From the sequence record DRR723986_1437: a stretch of 64,000 nt of DNA; one strand, given 5' to 3'. Numbering within the stretch: position 1 is the first letter of the stretch; each line of letters opens with the position of its first letter. A program made the position numbers and the translations under genes. This document shows positions 27,312 through 38,315 of the stretch, piece after piece. The notes under the pieces are model-generated. The model did no database searches. It saw only the letters and a program-made list of their open reading frames with translations, and had not been told where the DNA came from.

Positions 27312-30026
27312 ATGAACGACCCACTGGATTTCTATCATCAGGTTTGGCCCACACACTCCGAGTATGCCAAACGCTGGCTTCACCGTTTCCCACAATGGGA
27401 CAGCACCGAGCATGATGAAGACCACCTGTTGAATTGCATTGAAACCTGGCTTCAGAAAGCACGGGAGTTGACCGAAGAAAAAGCCCTGATGGCCGAACTT
27501 CGACTGGTTAGGCAGCGCAGCATGATTGAAATCATGCGTCGCGACCTGCAAGGCAAGGCCGATTTGTTTGAAGTGACAGAGGCCTTGTCCTTTCTGGCCG
27601 ATGCCGCCGTACAAATTGCGTTGAAGTTCAGCCACAAAATGCAGGCTGAGCGTTTTGGTGAACCGGCCGACGGCGATTGCATGATGGTCGTGGGGATGGG
27701 CAAACTGGGTGGCCTTGAGTTGAATGCTTCCAGTGATATCGACCTGATTTTTTTGTACAACCAGGATGGAGAGACACTGGGGGGCCCAACCGGCAAAACC
27801 CAGTCTCACGCCGAATTTTTTACACAGGTTGGCAAACGGGTCATCAAGATTATTTCCGAAGTAACCGACGAAGGCTTCGTATTCCGGGTTGACATGCGGC
27901 TGCGTCCCAACGGCGATTCGGGCCCGCTGGTGGTGAGCCTGGACATGCTGGAAGAATACTTCGTGGTGCAGGGCCGCGAATGGGAGCGCTACGCCTGGAT
28001 CAAGGCCCGCGTGGTGAATTGGGCAGTGGACCCATCACAAGATTCGGCTTTTCAACAGAGTCTGGACAACCTGAACAATATTGTCCGCCCCTTTGTATTC
28101 CGCAAATACCTGGACTTCGGGTCCATTCGCGCCTTGCGAGCACTGCATGTGCAAATTCGCAACGAGGTGAACAAGCGGGAAAGCCAACACCCTGGTTCTG
28201 TGCACGTCAAACTGGGGCGAGGTGGCATTCGTGAAATTGAATTCACGGCTCAGGCTTTCCAGCTGATTCGTGGGGGGCGTGAACCGAAACTGCAATTGCG
28301 ACGCACGGTCGATGTGTTGGAAGTGTGCGTTGAATTGGGACTGATCACCAAAGACGATCACGACAAAATGGTGGCGGCGTATCGCTTTTTGCGCAACCTT
28401 GAACACCGGCTGCAATATGTAGACGATGCCCAAACTCACCGCCTTCCTGCCAGCCCGACCGAGGTTCTGCGCATTGCGCGATCCATGGGATTCCAGGACC
28501 CAGGCAACTTCATGAAGGCCTTGAACCGCCACATGGACTACGTGGCCAGCCACTTTGATGTGGTATTTGGCGACAAACAGGAAGACGAAGAAACGCCCAG
28601 TCTTGAACTGCCATGGGCAGACACCTTAACCCAGGGATTCACCCACCCACAAGCGGCACAAGACCGTTATCAGCACCTGATCGAATCGAGTCGGTACCAG
28701 GCCTTGCCAACCGCACACCGGGAACGGGTTGACCGCTTGATGCCCACGTTGCTCGCGGCAGCGGGGGCGTCTTCAGCGCCTGACTCTTGCTGGCGTTACT
28801 GCTGCGACCTGATTGAAACCGTGTCGCGGCGCGGAGCCTACCTCAGCTTGCTGGATGAATACCCCATTGCCAGGATGCGGGTCAGCCGAATGCTTGCGGC
28901 CAGCCCTTGGGCCGCCAACTTTTTAATCAAACACCCGCTGTTGCTTGATGAATTACTGGACAGCCGAACTTTGCTGACACCGCCCGACTTCAAGCAATGG
29001 AAGCAGCAACTTCGAGACTTGCTGGACCAGGCCAAGCTGCCTGACGGGCAACCCGACCTTGAACGACAAATGGACCTGATTCGGGAGCAGCACCATGCGC
29101 AACTGTTCAGGGTACTGACCCAAGACCTCGAGAATCTGCTTACAGTCGAACATGTGTCCGACCTGCTGTCGGAACTCGCAGATTGCACGCTTGAAATCAT
29201 TCTGGAACGTGCATGGGAGCAACTGCCAAAACGGCACCGCGCACAACCACGATTTGCGGTGGTCGCTTATGGCAAACACGGCGGCAAAGAGTTGGGCTAC
29301 TCCTCCGACCTGGACCTGATCTTTCTGTTTGAGGATGAGGATGAGCGCGCGCCCGATTTGTATGCCCAGCTGGCCAAGCGCATGAACCGCTGGCTGACTA
29401 CACAGACCGCGGCGGGTACCTTGTTCGAAACTGACTTTCGCTTGCGCCCCAACGGCGAGGCAGGCTTGCTGGTGAGCAGTGTGGAATCGTTTGAAGACTA
29501 TCAACGCCGCGAAGGCGGTGTGGGCGCCTGGTTTTGGGAACACCAGGCACTGACCCGTGCCCGTTTCTGCGTGGGTGATATTGAGATTGGTAAAAAATTC
29601 GAAACGCTTCGCGAAGAAATTTTGCAACTGCCCCGCGACTGGAATGACGTCAAAAAAGAAGTGATTACCATGCGCCAGAAAATGCTGGATGGACACCCCA
29701 ACCACACCGAGCTGTTTGATGTAAAACACGATTTGGGAGGCATGGTCGATGTAGAGTTTATGGTACAGGCCTTGGTGCTGGGCTACGCCAACAAACACCC
29801 GGAACTGACCAAGAACAAAGGCAACATTGCCCTGTTGAAGAAAGCAGGGGAACTGGGACTGGTGCCGGCTGAGCTTGCCAATTATGTGGCAGATGCCTAC
29901 CGACAACTGCGGGCCAAGCAACACGCCTTGCGGCTGGCAGGACATGACAAATCACGCACCAGCGACCCCGCGTTGATGGTGATGCGAAAGCCCATTCGGA
30001 AGCTGTGGGAAACCCTGTTGGGCTAA
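27312..30026 (+). CDS. glnE: Glutamine synthetase adenylyltransferase GlnE
   Basis: Two NTase domains (MGKLGGLELNASSDIDL; YGKHGGKELGYSSDLDL), RVDMRLRP. Confidence 0.95.
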   Translation: MNDPLDFYHQVWPTHSEYAKRWLHRFPQWDSTEHDEDHLLNCIETWLQKARELTEEKALMAELRLVRQRSMIEIMRRDLQGKADLFEVTEALSFLADAAVQIALKFSHKMQAERFGEPADGDCMMVVGMGKLGGLELNASSDIDLIFLYNQDGETLGGPTGKTQSHAEFFTQVGKRVIKIISEVTDEGFVFRVDMRLRPNGDSGPLVVSLDMLEEYFVVQGREWERYAWIKARVVNWAVDPSQDSAFQQSLDNLNNIVRPFVFRKYLDFGSIRALRALHVQIRNEVNKRESQHPGSVHVKLGRGGIREIEFTAQAFQLIRGGREPKLQLRRTVDVLEVCVELGLITKDDHDKMVAAYRFLRNLEHRLQYVDDAQTHRLPASPTEVLRIARSMGFQDPGNFMKALNRHMDYVASHFDVVFGDKQEDEETPSLELPWADTLTQGFTHPQAAQDRYQHLIESSRYQALPTAHRERVDRLMPTLLAAAGASSAPDSCWRYCCDLIETVSRRGAYLSLLDEYPIARMRVSRMLAASPWAANFLIKHPLLLDELLDSRTLLTPPDFKQWKQQLRDLLDQAKLPDGQPDLERQMDLIREQHHAQLFRVLTQDLENLLTVEHVSDLLSELADCTLEIILERAWEQLPKRHRAQPRFAVVAYGKHGGKELGYSSDLDLIFLFEDEDERAPDLYAQLAKRMNRWLTTQTAAGTLFETDFRLRPNGEAGLLVSSVESFEDYQRREGGVGAWFWEHQALTRARFCVGDIEIGKKFETLREEILQLPRDWNDVKKEVITMRQKMLDGHPNHTELFDVKHDLGGMVDVEFMVQALVLGYANKHPELTKNKGNIALLKKAGELGLVPAELANYVADAYRQLRAKQHALRLAGHDKSRTSDPALMVMRKPIRKLWETLLG

Positions 30027-30048
30027 AGTGTTTGCCAACAAAATGCGC

Positions 30049-30798
30049 TCACTTCGGCACAGTAACCTGGTACATGCGCTTTTGAAGGGTACCTGTTTTT
30101 CGAGCGAGGAAAGGTGAGCTTCTGCGTTTGTCAAAATAGCGTGGCGCTGGCAACATGCCCGCCATGCGTGCGGCCTGATAGCTACTCAGTTGTGCAGCGC
30201 TGACACCAAAGTGATGTTTCGCGCCCGCCTGCGCCCCATACACACCATTGCCCCACTCCACCACATTCAGGTACACCTCCAGAATACGGCGTTTGTCCCA
30301 AAGCGCTTCAATCATCAAGGCAATGACCAATTCCTGAGCTTTGCGAATGTAGCTTCGCTTGCTGGTCAAAAACAGGTTCTTGGCCAATTGCTGGGTAATG
30401 GTGGAACCGCCGTGTGTCACCCTGCCCCGTCTCTCATTGCGCTTGATGGCCAGTTGGATCGCCTCCATTTCCACGCCTTTGTGGGTCATGAAACCACTGT
30501 CCTCAGCTGCAATCACGGCACGCTTTAAATTCAGGGAAATTTTGTCGTAAGGCACCCATTCATGCTTGAGTTGAAAACCGGGTTCGGTCTTGCGAATTTC
30601 AGCCAAACGGGTTTGCATGAAACTGGTGCTGCTGGGGTTCACATGCGTCCACACCGCAATTTGCGCCAGATACCACAGCTGCAACAACACGATGGCACAG
30701 AATCCCCAAAAGAAAATTCGCCACAACCACACCAATGGATTCAGACTGAATTTACGCTTGCTGCCACCGGGAGAGGATTTTCTGCGCGCCATGTTCAT
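30049..30798 (-). CDS. mtgA: Monofunctional peptidoglycan transglycosylase
   Basis: AAEDSGF, GGSTITQQLAKNLF, RKAQE, RILEVYLN. Confidence 0.93.
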   Translation of the reverse strand: MNMARRKSSPGGSKRKFSLNPLVWLWRIFFWGFCAIVLLQLWYLAQIAVWTHVNPSSTSFMQTRLAEIRKTEPGFQLKHEWVPYDKISLNLKRAVIAAEDSGFMTHKGVEMEAIQLAIKRNERRGRVTHGGSTITQQLAKNLFLTSKRSYIRKAQELVIALMIEALWDKRRILEVYLNVVEWGNGVYGAQAGAKHHFGVSAAQLSSYQAARMAGMLPAPRYFDKRRSSPFLARKTGTLQKRMYQVTVPK

Positions 30799-31691
30799 TG
30801 TTGTTTTGCTTTGGCAAGCAGGGCTTGCCGAACTTTGGTTAAAGTTTCAAGTGCATTGGGCGACTGCCCGGTCCACACCTCGAAGGCCAATTGGGCTTGA
30901 AACACCAACATACCCAAGCCGTCGCTGCACGGCAAACCCAGTGCGCTGATTGAGCGAATGAACGCTGTGGGTTCAGCGGCGTACATCATGTCGTACACCA
31001 GCACGGCACGCGCATACCAATCAGGGTGAAGTGCGGGCACATCCCCTTTCAGACTGCTTGAGGAGGCATTGACAATCACGACAGGCGCACCGGGCAAATC
31101 AAAATGTGCTGGAGGAGTATCCAGCCCGCCACCCGCCGCCGGAAGGTCGATGGCCTCCGCACGCTGCGCCAACTGACGCGCTTTGTCTGCAGTTCGGTTC
31201 AGCACAGTGAGGTGCTGAACGCCTGCTTGCTGAAAAGCTGCAACGCACCCACTGGCTGCGCCACCAGCGCCAATCATCAATACCTGGCATTGCTCCAGGT
31301 GCAAACCCAGAGTATTTAACTGTCGGTTCAAATCGCGGCACAAGCCACCGCCATCTGTGTTGTCCCCATGCACAGTGCCATCTGCATTGAACTTCAAGGT
31401 ATTGACGGCCTGCGCAAATTCGGCAGACGGGGTTAGCGAATTGGGTGGGTTGCCAGTCAATGCGAAGGCATCCAGCTTAAAGGGCACGGTCACATTCGCC
31501 CCTTTGACGCCAGCTGCATGCAAGGCAGCCACTGTTTGCGAAAAACCATCCACAGGTGCCAACAAACGTTCATATTGCAAGGTCAGGCCGAGCTGTGCTG
31601 CAAAGTCGGAATGAATGAAAGGCGACATGCTGTGTGAGATCGGATTGCCAATCACGACGTAGCGATTTGCCTGACGAATTGATGCATTCAA
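30795..31691 (-). CDS. aroE: Shikimate dehydrogenase
   Basis: GNPISHSMSP, NVTVPFK, GDNTDG, GAGGAA, DGLGMLV. Confidence 0.93.
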   Translation of the reverse strand: MNASIRQANRYVVIGNPISHSMSPFIHSDFAAQLGLTLQYERLLAPVDGFSQTVAALHAAGVKGANVTVPFKLDAFALTGNPPNSLTPSAEFAQAVNTLKFNADGTVHGDNTDGGGLCRDLNRQLNTLGLHLEQCQVLMIGAGGAASGCVAAFQQAGVQHLTVLNRTADKARQLAQRAEAIDLPAAGGGLDTPPAHFDLPGAPVVIVNASSSSLKGDVPALHPDWYARAVLVYDMMYAAEPTAFIRSISALGLPCSDGLGMLVFQAQLAFEVWTGQSPNALETLTKVRQALLAKAKQQ

Positions 31692-31709
31692 CGATAAATC
31701 TCCATGCCC

Positions 31710-32543
31710 TTAGTACTCGGTGCTGATCGTGTCGCGGCTGAACACCCAAGTGCGGGTAATCGCCAAAATATCGGCTTTTTGTCGCATCTCCGAAGGAAAA
31801 GGCGGAAAGGGTGTCGACATTCTTAAAATTCGCAACGCGGCCCGGTCCAACACAGCCGATCCAGATGACCGGTCTATCTCCACATCTTCCAGCGTGCCGT
31901 CCGCGCGCACATAGGCCGTCAACCTCAACTTGCCGTAAATGCGGCCCTTCAGTTCATCGGGATAATTGGCATTACCCACCTGTTCTACTTTGGCGCGCCA
32001 CGCTTCCTCGTAAATGGCAAAGGCATAGGGCGAGGTGCGTGGCGAGAAAAAATGCTTGCGAGGACGCTCGTTGTAGCTTTTGATGTTGTCGGCAATTTGC
32101 GCCTGCAACCGTTTGATTTCGAGTGCCCGTTGGCTTTTCGGATCATTGCCGGAACGGGTATCCAACACCTCATTTTGCGGCGTGGTGCGCAATTCCGCAC
32201 CTGCCAGATTACGTTGCAAAGCCTCGAGCTCTTTGAGTCGCTCCTGGCTGGCAATGAGTTCTCGCTGGTTGACATTGTCATCGGCTTGCCCAGGCAAGGT
32301 GGTGGCTCGGCCCTTGTCGGCTTGCCCGCCACCATCCAGCGCAACCTGCGCAAGCACCTTGGCATCATTGGGTGTTTTCTGCGACTGCGCATTCACCAGA
32401 ATCACTTCAAGCGGACGACTGAAGGCGGTATCCACTTTCGGTTTTGAGAAATGCACCAGCAACAACAAGGCGTGAAGAAACACCGACAACACCAGTGCCT
32501 TCTTCAGGTTGATCTCAACAAGTGGTGCGTGCAGCGAATTCAA
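31710..32543 (-). CDS. TonB C-terminal domain energy transducer
   Basis: N-terminal TM with SxxxH, LEVILVN, SSGSAVLDRAA, ITRTW. Confidence 0.8.
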   Translation of the reverse strand: MNSLHAPLVEINLKKALVLSVFLHALLLLVHFSKPKVDTAFSRPLEVILVNAQSQKTPNDAKVLAQVALDGGGQADKGRATTLPGQADDNVNQRELIASQERLKELEALQRNLAGAELRTTPQNEVLDTRSGNDPKSQRALEIKRLQAQIADNIKSYNERPRKHFFSPRTSPYAFAIYEEAWRAKVEQVGNANYPDELKGRIYGKLRLTAYVRADGTLEDVEIDRSSGSAVLDRAALRILRMSTPFPPFPSEMRQKADILAITRTWVFSRDTISTEY

Positions 32544-34558
32544 GCCGCAGCACCTCCCACTGCATCGTCAGAGGAGCTCAGCCCTTCCGACTCACCCGCT
32601 TCAATCACAGCCACTGGCGCCTCCGGAAGTTCAATGTCCTCCTCCTCATCATCATCGAGCAAACGTGTAGGCGTTCCCTTCTTCAAGGCAATCAGTTTGC
32701 AGGACACAGTCAAGGTGAGCTCATCGACTTGATCCAGCTCCACCTCCACCTGAACGCCACGGCCCGGCGAAGTCACACCGACGAGGCGAACAAACAGGGG
32801 AATGTCGTCCAGGCGCACCAGTTCGTCTTTCACCACCACACCGTCAAACTGCTTGCGGCCCTTTTGCTGAATCCAGCGCAGGCACCAGTAACGCTCCATG
32901 CTTTGCTGGAATTCGGCATACGCTTTGTAGGTCACATCAAAACTATTCACCGCGGAAAGCAATTCCGCATCGGTTGCGGTGTACACCGGTGGCTCCTGGC
33001 GAAGCAATGAAATCAATTGCTGCTGGTTCACCAAATCAACATAGCGGCGCAATGGCGACGTGCTCCATGCATATTGCGGCACGCCCAAACCCACGTGCGG
33101 GGCGGCATGGGTCGACATTCGCACACGGCCCATGGGGGGCTGTACACGGTAAATGCCAGTGACCTTGCATTCGTCCAGCATGCCACCCCATTCACGGTTC
33201 ACGTAAATCATCCACTCGGCCACCAGCAAATCCAGCGGTGCATCGCGGCGGCGTGGCTGAATTTCAACGGTACCGTCGTCGCTCACATAGAAATTGAAAT
33301 CGATGCGCGTGTGTTTCTCGGGCTGACCGCGGGCAATCTCCCGCTCCATTCGCAACACGCACGAACTTTTCCACAGCATTTTCAATGCAGGAAAAAACTC
33401 GCCCACCACTTCAAGTTCATTTAAATTGGGGTCTTCCAGCACCTCTTTGGACAACGCCGCATCCAGGTGATTGTGGCGCAGGTTTGCGGCCATGGGCACC
33501 TGCTCAATGGTGCTGTAGGGCTCACTGATCAGTTCACCCGTGTCGACGCTGACTTCAACGTAAATACTCACCGATGGCACAGTGCGCCCTTCAGCCAAGG
33601 TGGCCAGCTCAACTACCTGATCGGGCAACATGGTGATCTTGTCACCAGGCGCATACACCGTGGACAGGCGCTCTCGGGCCACGCGATCGTATGGACTGCC
33701 GCGCGGAATCAGAAGTGCAGGCGCCGCAATGTGCACGCCAATTCGCGCGCGTTTTTCATCCAGCCACACGACGCTGAATGCATCATCAATCTCCGTGGTT
33801 GAAATGTCATCAATTGAAAAAGCGCGCACATTGGCCAGGGGCAACTCTGCCAACTCGGCGGGCACTTCAGGCGCAGGCAAATCAATTTCCGGCCCCTTTG
33901 GAAAATACACCGCCGCGAAACGCGCGCGCATCATTTCATGCACAGATTTAAACGCACCACATTCAATCAACAACACATCGGGTGACCGGCCCGCTTCCGT
34001 GCAGGCCAACATCAAGGCTTTGTATTCGGCACTGTTTTTATCCGGCCGCACCAGCAGTGTGGCGGCCTGTTTCGCAAAACCGTCAGGCAGCTCTCGACGC
34101 ACCAAGGCATCGGCCCAAGCTTGTTGCTGCTCAGCTGCCAAGCGCTTTTTCTCCAGACCCGCCAATGCGGCCTGCAAAATCTCAGGTGGGGCCGCACGGT
34201 ACATGCCCTTACCTTTGCGATGGAAATGAATAGGCGCAGCATGCAAAGCCGCAAGAGTCGCCGCCTGCTGCACCACGGTGGGCTTTTCACCAAAATATTC
34301 CTGGGCCATTGCGGTGAAATCAAACTCGCCTTCAGGCGAACATTCCCACAAAAACTCGGTGTCCACTTCTTTGGCCAAGGCTTCCACCTGCGTGTGGAAT
34401 TCGGCACATTCCAGCGCATCAAACTTCAACATCACACTGTTGGATTTCACCTTGGTGCGTTTGCCATGCAAGGTTTCCACCTGATAGGCGTTGCCCTGCT
34501 CTTGAAGCACTCGGCCCACTTTGAAGGCTCCGGCCTCTTCGTAATACAAATTCATCAA
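32540..34558 (-). CDS. RNB-domain exoribonuclease (RNase II family)
   Basis: FSIDDISTTEIDDAFS, TSPLRRYVDL. Confidence 0.9.
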   Translation of the reverse strand: MMNLYYEEAGAFKVGRVLQEQGNAYQVETLHGKRTKVKSNSVMLKFDALECAEFHTQVEALAKEVDTEFLWECSPEGEFDFTAMAQEYFGEKPTVVQQAATLAALHAAPIHFHRKGKGMYRAAPPEILQAALAGLEKKRLAAEQQQAWADALVRRELPDGFAKQAATLLVRPDKNSAEYKALMLACTEAGRSPDVLLIECGAFKSVHEMMRARFAAVYFPKGPEIDLPAPEVPAELAELPLANVRAFSIDDISTTEIDDAFSVVWLDEKRARIGVHIAAPALLIPRGSPYDRVARERLSTVYAPGDKITMLPDQVVELATLAEGRTVPSVSIYVEVSVDTGELISEPYSTIEQVPMAANLRHNHLDAALSKEVLEDPNLNELEVVGEFFPALKMLWKSSCVLRMEREIARGQPEKHTRIDFNFYVSDDGTVEIQPRRRDAPLDLLVAEWMIYVNREWGGMLDECKVTGIYRVQPPMGRVRMSTHAAPHVGLGVPQYAWSTSPLRRYVDLVNQQQLISLLRQEPPVYTATDAELLSAVNSFDVTYKAYAEFQQSMERYWCLRWIQQKGRKQFDGVVVKDELVRLDDIPLFVRLVGVTSPGRGVQVEVELDQVDELTLTVSCKLIALKKGTPTRLLDDDEEEDIELPEAPVAVIEAGESEGLSSSDDAVGGAAA

Positions 34559-34563
34559 CTGTC

Positions 34564-35127
34564 CTAAAGGTAATATTCAAGTTGGGGCAGGAAGACTTCC
34601 ATCACCCACAACGGTGTTCTGTTGGGCTTGCGCGTAAAGCGCGCGCAACGGGCATACCAAACGCGACCGCTGCCCAGCCGGTTCATGTCGGCTTTCATTT
34701 CTGGGGGCAACAAACGCTGCACCCAGGGCTGCTGCAATGGCAAACGCGCGAAATAAAGCTTGCCCCGTTTTACCTGCGGGTCGGAAAACAACACCGTGCC
34801 CAATGAGCGGGTGCCCAAGCCCCGCCAAAAATGCCAATCATTCACCGGGCCGTCCATTTCAACCAGAGTTTGGGCCAGCACCACAGGCACATTGTTCACA
34901 TGCAAACGCACCAGTCGCTGCCGCATCATTTGCCCTGACATACCCAGTCCCCTCACACTCGGCGCGTGTTTAATCAACACGTTGCCTTGTGCAACAGGCT
35001 CTACTTTAAACCCCTTGTCCAAGCGCACCAAACGCTGGGTGAGCGAGCCGGGGGTACTTACCCAGTTTCGAGCCCACACAGGCCAGCTTGGCGGGCAATG
35101 CCCGCTCCATACAACACCAACGCTCAT
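34564..35127 (-). CDS. ubiC: Chorismate pyruvate-lyase
   Basis: GSLTQRL, LGTRSLGTVLF, MEVFLP. Confidence 0.8.
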   Translation of the reverse strand: MSVGVVWSGHCPPSWPVWARNWVSTPGSLTQRLVRLDKGFKVEPVAQGNVLIKHAPSVRGLGMSGQMMRQRLVRLHVNNVPVVLAQTLVEMDGPVNDWHFWRGLGTRSLGTVLFSDPQVKRGKLYFARLPLQQPWVQRLLPPEMKADMNRLGSGRVWYARCARFTRKPNRTPLWVMEVFLPQLEYYL

Positions 35128-35768
35128 GGCAAACCCACGGCCAGTTTCACGAAGGGCAATATGTCATCGAAATCGCTCAAGGCATGGTCAGAACCCAACA
35201 AATGCAGTTGATGCGCACCGCGATAACGCGCGAGCATGGTGTCACAGTTCAGTACTTCATCGTCCCGGGCTGCCACCAAAAAATAGCGCGATGGGTCAGT
35301 CAAGCTGGTTTGTTCCATTGCCTTCAAATCACCAAGATAAGCGGGAACAAATTCAATTTCTTCGTCGGAAAAATAAACTTTCTTTTTGCCGATTTGATCC
35401 TGCAGATCATCATATGGCCTGATGGCGGGGTTCAGCAGCACCACCGTGGACTGCACATGCTGTTCGCCCAGCACCGTGGCGTAATACCCTCCGAGTGAAC
35501 TACCAATGAAGGTTAACGACAGATCGGGCTGGCTTTGCAAACGCGCATCCAGGTGCTGCTCGATCATCGCCATCGCCCGCGCGGGCGAGGCTGGCAAATC
35601 AGGCACCCACAAGTGGCTGCTTAAACCAGCCTGGTCAAAACAATCGATCATTTTCTGGGCCTTTACAGATCGAGACGATGAGCGAAAGCCATGCAGATAA
35701 ACCACCAGGTCGGCCACGACCGCGGTGCGCGCAAACCCGCCGGGGCTGCTGAGGGTAAAGGGCGTCAA
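35124..35768 (-). CDS. yqiA: YqiA/YcfP alpha/beta esterase
   Basis: YLHGFRSS, GSSLGG, LLNPA, GSDH. Confidence 0.85.
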   Translation of the reverse strand: MTPFTLSSPGGFARTAVVADLVVYLHGFRSSSRSVKAQKMIDCFDQAGLSSHLWVPDLPASPARAMAMIEQHLDARLQSQPDLSLTFIGSSLGGYYATVLGEQHVQSTVVLLNPAIRPYDDLQDQIGKKKVYFSDEEIEFVPAYLGDLKAMEQTSLTDPSRYFLVAARDDEVLNCDTMLARYRGAHQLHLLGSDHALSDFDDILPFVKLAVGLP

Positions 35769-37156
35769 ACCCGCACCCGTGTGGCCAAGGCATCGACCAA
35801 CTTTTGATGGACACCACCAAATGAGCCATTGCTCATGGCCACCACCCAGTCACCCGGCTGCGCCAGAGAAACGACGTGGTCAATTACTTCGTTCAAATCA
35901 TCGCTGGTAAACAGCCGGTCGCCCAAGCTGCCCAGAGTATCGCGCACATTCCATTGAATACCTGCGGTGTAGCACACGACGGACTGCGCTTCATCAAAAG
36001 AGGCTGGCAAGGCTTGTGCAAGAGTTCCCATTTTCATGGTGTTGGAACGGGGCTCAAACAGCGCGATTAACTTTCCGGTCGACTTGCCTGCCTCGCCGGC
36101 AATTTCAGTCATTCGGGCTTTTGCACCCTCCAGGGTGGTGGCAATCGCTGTGGGGTGATGCGCAAAATCGTCATACACCTTCACGCCAGCGGCCTCGCCA
36201 CGCAATTCCATGCGACGCTTTACGCCAGGGAATTCGCTCAAGGCCTTGCAGGCATCCGTTAACTTCACGCCCACCGCATGCGCAGCGGCAATCACAGCCA
36301 AGGCATTGTTTACATTGTGCAAACCGGACCAATTCCATTCCACCCGGCCTTTCACTTCACCGTGTTTCAACACTTCAAATCGTGAGGCACCCAACACGCG
36401 GGCTTGCCAAGGAGCGTCATCGCCATTGGCGGAAAAACGCTCGACTGGGGTCCAGCAACCCCGTTTCAGCACGCGCTCCAGTGATTCGGTATTGGCAGGA
36501 CAAACCACCCGCCCTTCCGACGGCACGGTGCGCACCAAGTGGTGAAACTGGGTTTCAATTGCCGCAAGGTCGGGGAAAATATCAGCGTGGTCAAACTCCA
36601 GGTTGTTCAACACAGCCACCACGGGGCGGTAATGCACAAACTTGGAACGCTTGTCGAAGAACGCAGTGTCGTATTCGTCGGCTTCAATCACAAAGCAGTC
36701 ACCCTGCCCCAAGGTGGCCGACACACCAAAACCACCGGGTACACCACCAATGAGAAAGCCTGGATTCAAACCCGCCTGCTGCAACACCCAGGCCAACATG
36801 GAACTGGTGCTGGTTTTGCCATGCGTCCCCGCCACTGCCAGCACCTTGCGACCCCGCAAAATGTGCTCACCCACCCACTGCGGCCCGCTGGTATATGGCA
36901 AACCTTGGTTCAAAATTGCCTCCATCAGCGGATTGCCGCGGGAGACCACATTGCCGATCACCCACAAGTCAGGCTTGATGTTCAGTTGCTCCACACCAAA
37001 GCCCTCGGTCAGCTCTATACCAGCTTGGGTTAGCTGGGTGCTCATGGGTGGGTAAACATTGGCATCACAACCGGTCACGGTGTGGCCCAGAGACTTGGCC
37101 AACTGGGCAACACCGCCCATGAAGGTGCCACAAATCCCGAGAATGTGGATGTGCAT
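35765..37156 (-). CDS. mpl: Murein peptide ligase Mpl
   Basis: MHIHILGICGTFMGG, GTHGKT, EADEYDTAFFDKRSKF, DDFAHHPTAI. Confidence 0.95.
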   Translation of the reverse strand: MHIHILGICGTFMGGVAQLAKSLGHTVTGCDANVYPPMSTQLTQAGIELTEGFGVEQLNIKPDLWVIGNVVSRGNPLMEAILNQGLPYTSGPQWVGEHILRGRKVLAVAGTHGKTSTSSMLAWVLQQAGLNPGFLIGGVPGGFGVSATLGQGDCFVIEADEYDTAFFDKRSKFVHYRPVVAVLNNLEFDHADIFPDLAAIETQFHHLVRTVPSEGRVVCPANTESLERVLKRGCWTPVERFSANGDDAPWQARVLGASRFEVLKHGEVKGRVEWNWSGLHNVNNALAVIAAAHAVGVKLTDACKALSEFPGVKRRMELRGEAAGVKVYDDFAHHPTAIATTLEGAKARMTEIAGEAGKSTGKLIALFEPRSNTMKMGTLAQALPASFDEAQSVVCYTAGIQWNVRDTLGSLGDRLFTSDDLNEVIDHVVSLAQPGDWVVAMSNGSFGGVHQKLVDALATRVRV

Positions 37157-37218
37157 TCTTTCTTCCTTTCAGAACAAGCCCATATTGTAGTGCCTGTGAA
37201 TTTGGATACACTGCCGGT

Positions 37219-37821
37219 ATGGAAGAATTCTTCGCCCCGCAAGACGAACTTCGCATAGAAATTGCGATGACCGCCGCCCGATTGATCGCCGAGGAAGGCC
37301 TAGACTATGCCACCGCACGCAACCAAGCCGTGAAAGCCGTGCTCGGGAAACAGCGCGTGCCTCGGGAACGACTCCCTTCAGATCAAGACATTCAAGACGA
37401 AGTACGCGCGTATCAGGCGCTGTTCCAAGCAGATAGCCAGCCCGGAGAATTGAACGAATTGCGCGAAGTTGCACTCCAATTCATGCAAGGAATTCAGCAA
37501 TTCGAGCCCATTGTGTATGGCGCAGCCGTGAATGGCACGGGCAGCGCACATTCAGATGTTCACCTCATTGCCTTCGCCGATGACGAAAAAGAAGTGGATT
37601 ACTGGTTACTGAACCAAAACATCAATTTCGACGCCTGTGAAGACGCCTTGCTGGCCGGCAAATCATTTCCCGCTGTGGCCTTTCGCTGGAAACAGCGCTG
37701 GTTTCAGCTGGGCGTGGCCAGCCCAGTACAACGCCGTGGCTTGCTTAACCGGCAGGCACCCGATGGAACCCTTTTTCAAACTGACATAGCGGGCCTGATA
37801 CGCCTGATTGAAGCACCATGA
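37219..37821 (+). CDS. Conserved hypothetical protein (nucleotidyltransferase-like)
   Basis: AARLIAEEGLDY, G..vnG.....SDVHL motif; typical position divergent from mpl. Confidence 0.7.
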   Translation: MEEFFAPQDELRIEIAMTAARLIAEEGLDYATARNQAVKAVLGKQRVPRERLPSDQDIQDEVRAYQALFQADSQPGELNELREVALQFMQGIQQFEPIVYGAAVNGTGSAHSDVHLIAFADDEKEVDYWLLNQNINFDACEDALLAGKSFPAVAFRWKQRWFQLGVASPVQRRGLLNRQAPDGTLFQTDIAGLIRLIEAP

Positions 37822-38315
37822 AAAACAAATTGATCCCGATTATCACTGCCGTTCTCGCTTTGGCCATTGGCCTTTATTTCGGCTTGAAACCGAAAAGTGG
37901 GCCAGATTACCCACTTAGTGGCTACACCTTTGACACCCCCCAAGGTGGATCGCTCGACTTGGGCGCATTGAAAGGCAAGGTGGTGGTGCTCAACTTTTGG
38001 GCCACTTGGTGCCCCCCCTGTGTAGAGGAAATGCCTGAGCTGGACGAGCTTTACCCTCAATTGCAGGCCCAAAATGTCGAACTAATCGGCATCGCAATTG
38101 ATTCACCTTCTAACGTCGACCAATTTCTACAGAAAACACCAGTAAATTACCCTATCGTGCTTGCTGGCATGACTGGCACTGAACTTGGAAAAGTGCTGGG
38201 TAACCAGCAAGGCGGATTACCGTTTACCGTCATTTTGGACGAAAATGGTAATGAATTACTGAAAGAAGCCGGCAGAATACAGATGAGTACTATCACTAAC
38301 GCACTGCAACGTTAA
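37818..38315 (+). CDS. TlpA-family thiol-disulfide oxidoreductase
   Basis: N-terminal TM, NFWATWCPPC, GLPFT. Confidence 0.9.
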   Translation: MKNKLIPIITAVLALAIGLYFGLKPKSGPDYPLSGYTFDTPQGGSLDLGALKGKVVVLNFWATWCPPCVEEMPELDELYPQLQAQNVELIGIAIDSPSNVDQFLQKTPVNYPIVLAGMTGTELGKVLGNQQGGLPFTVILDENGNELLKEAGRIQMSTITNALQR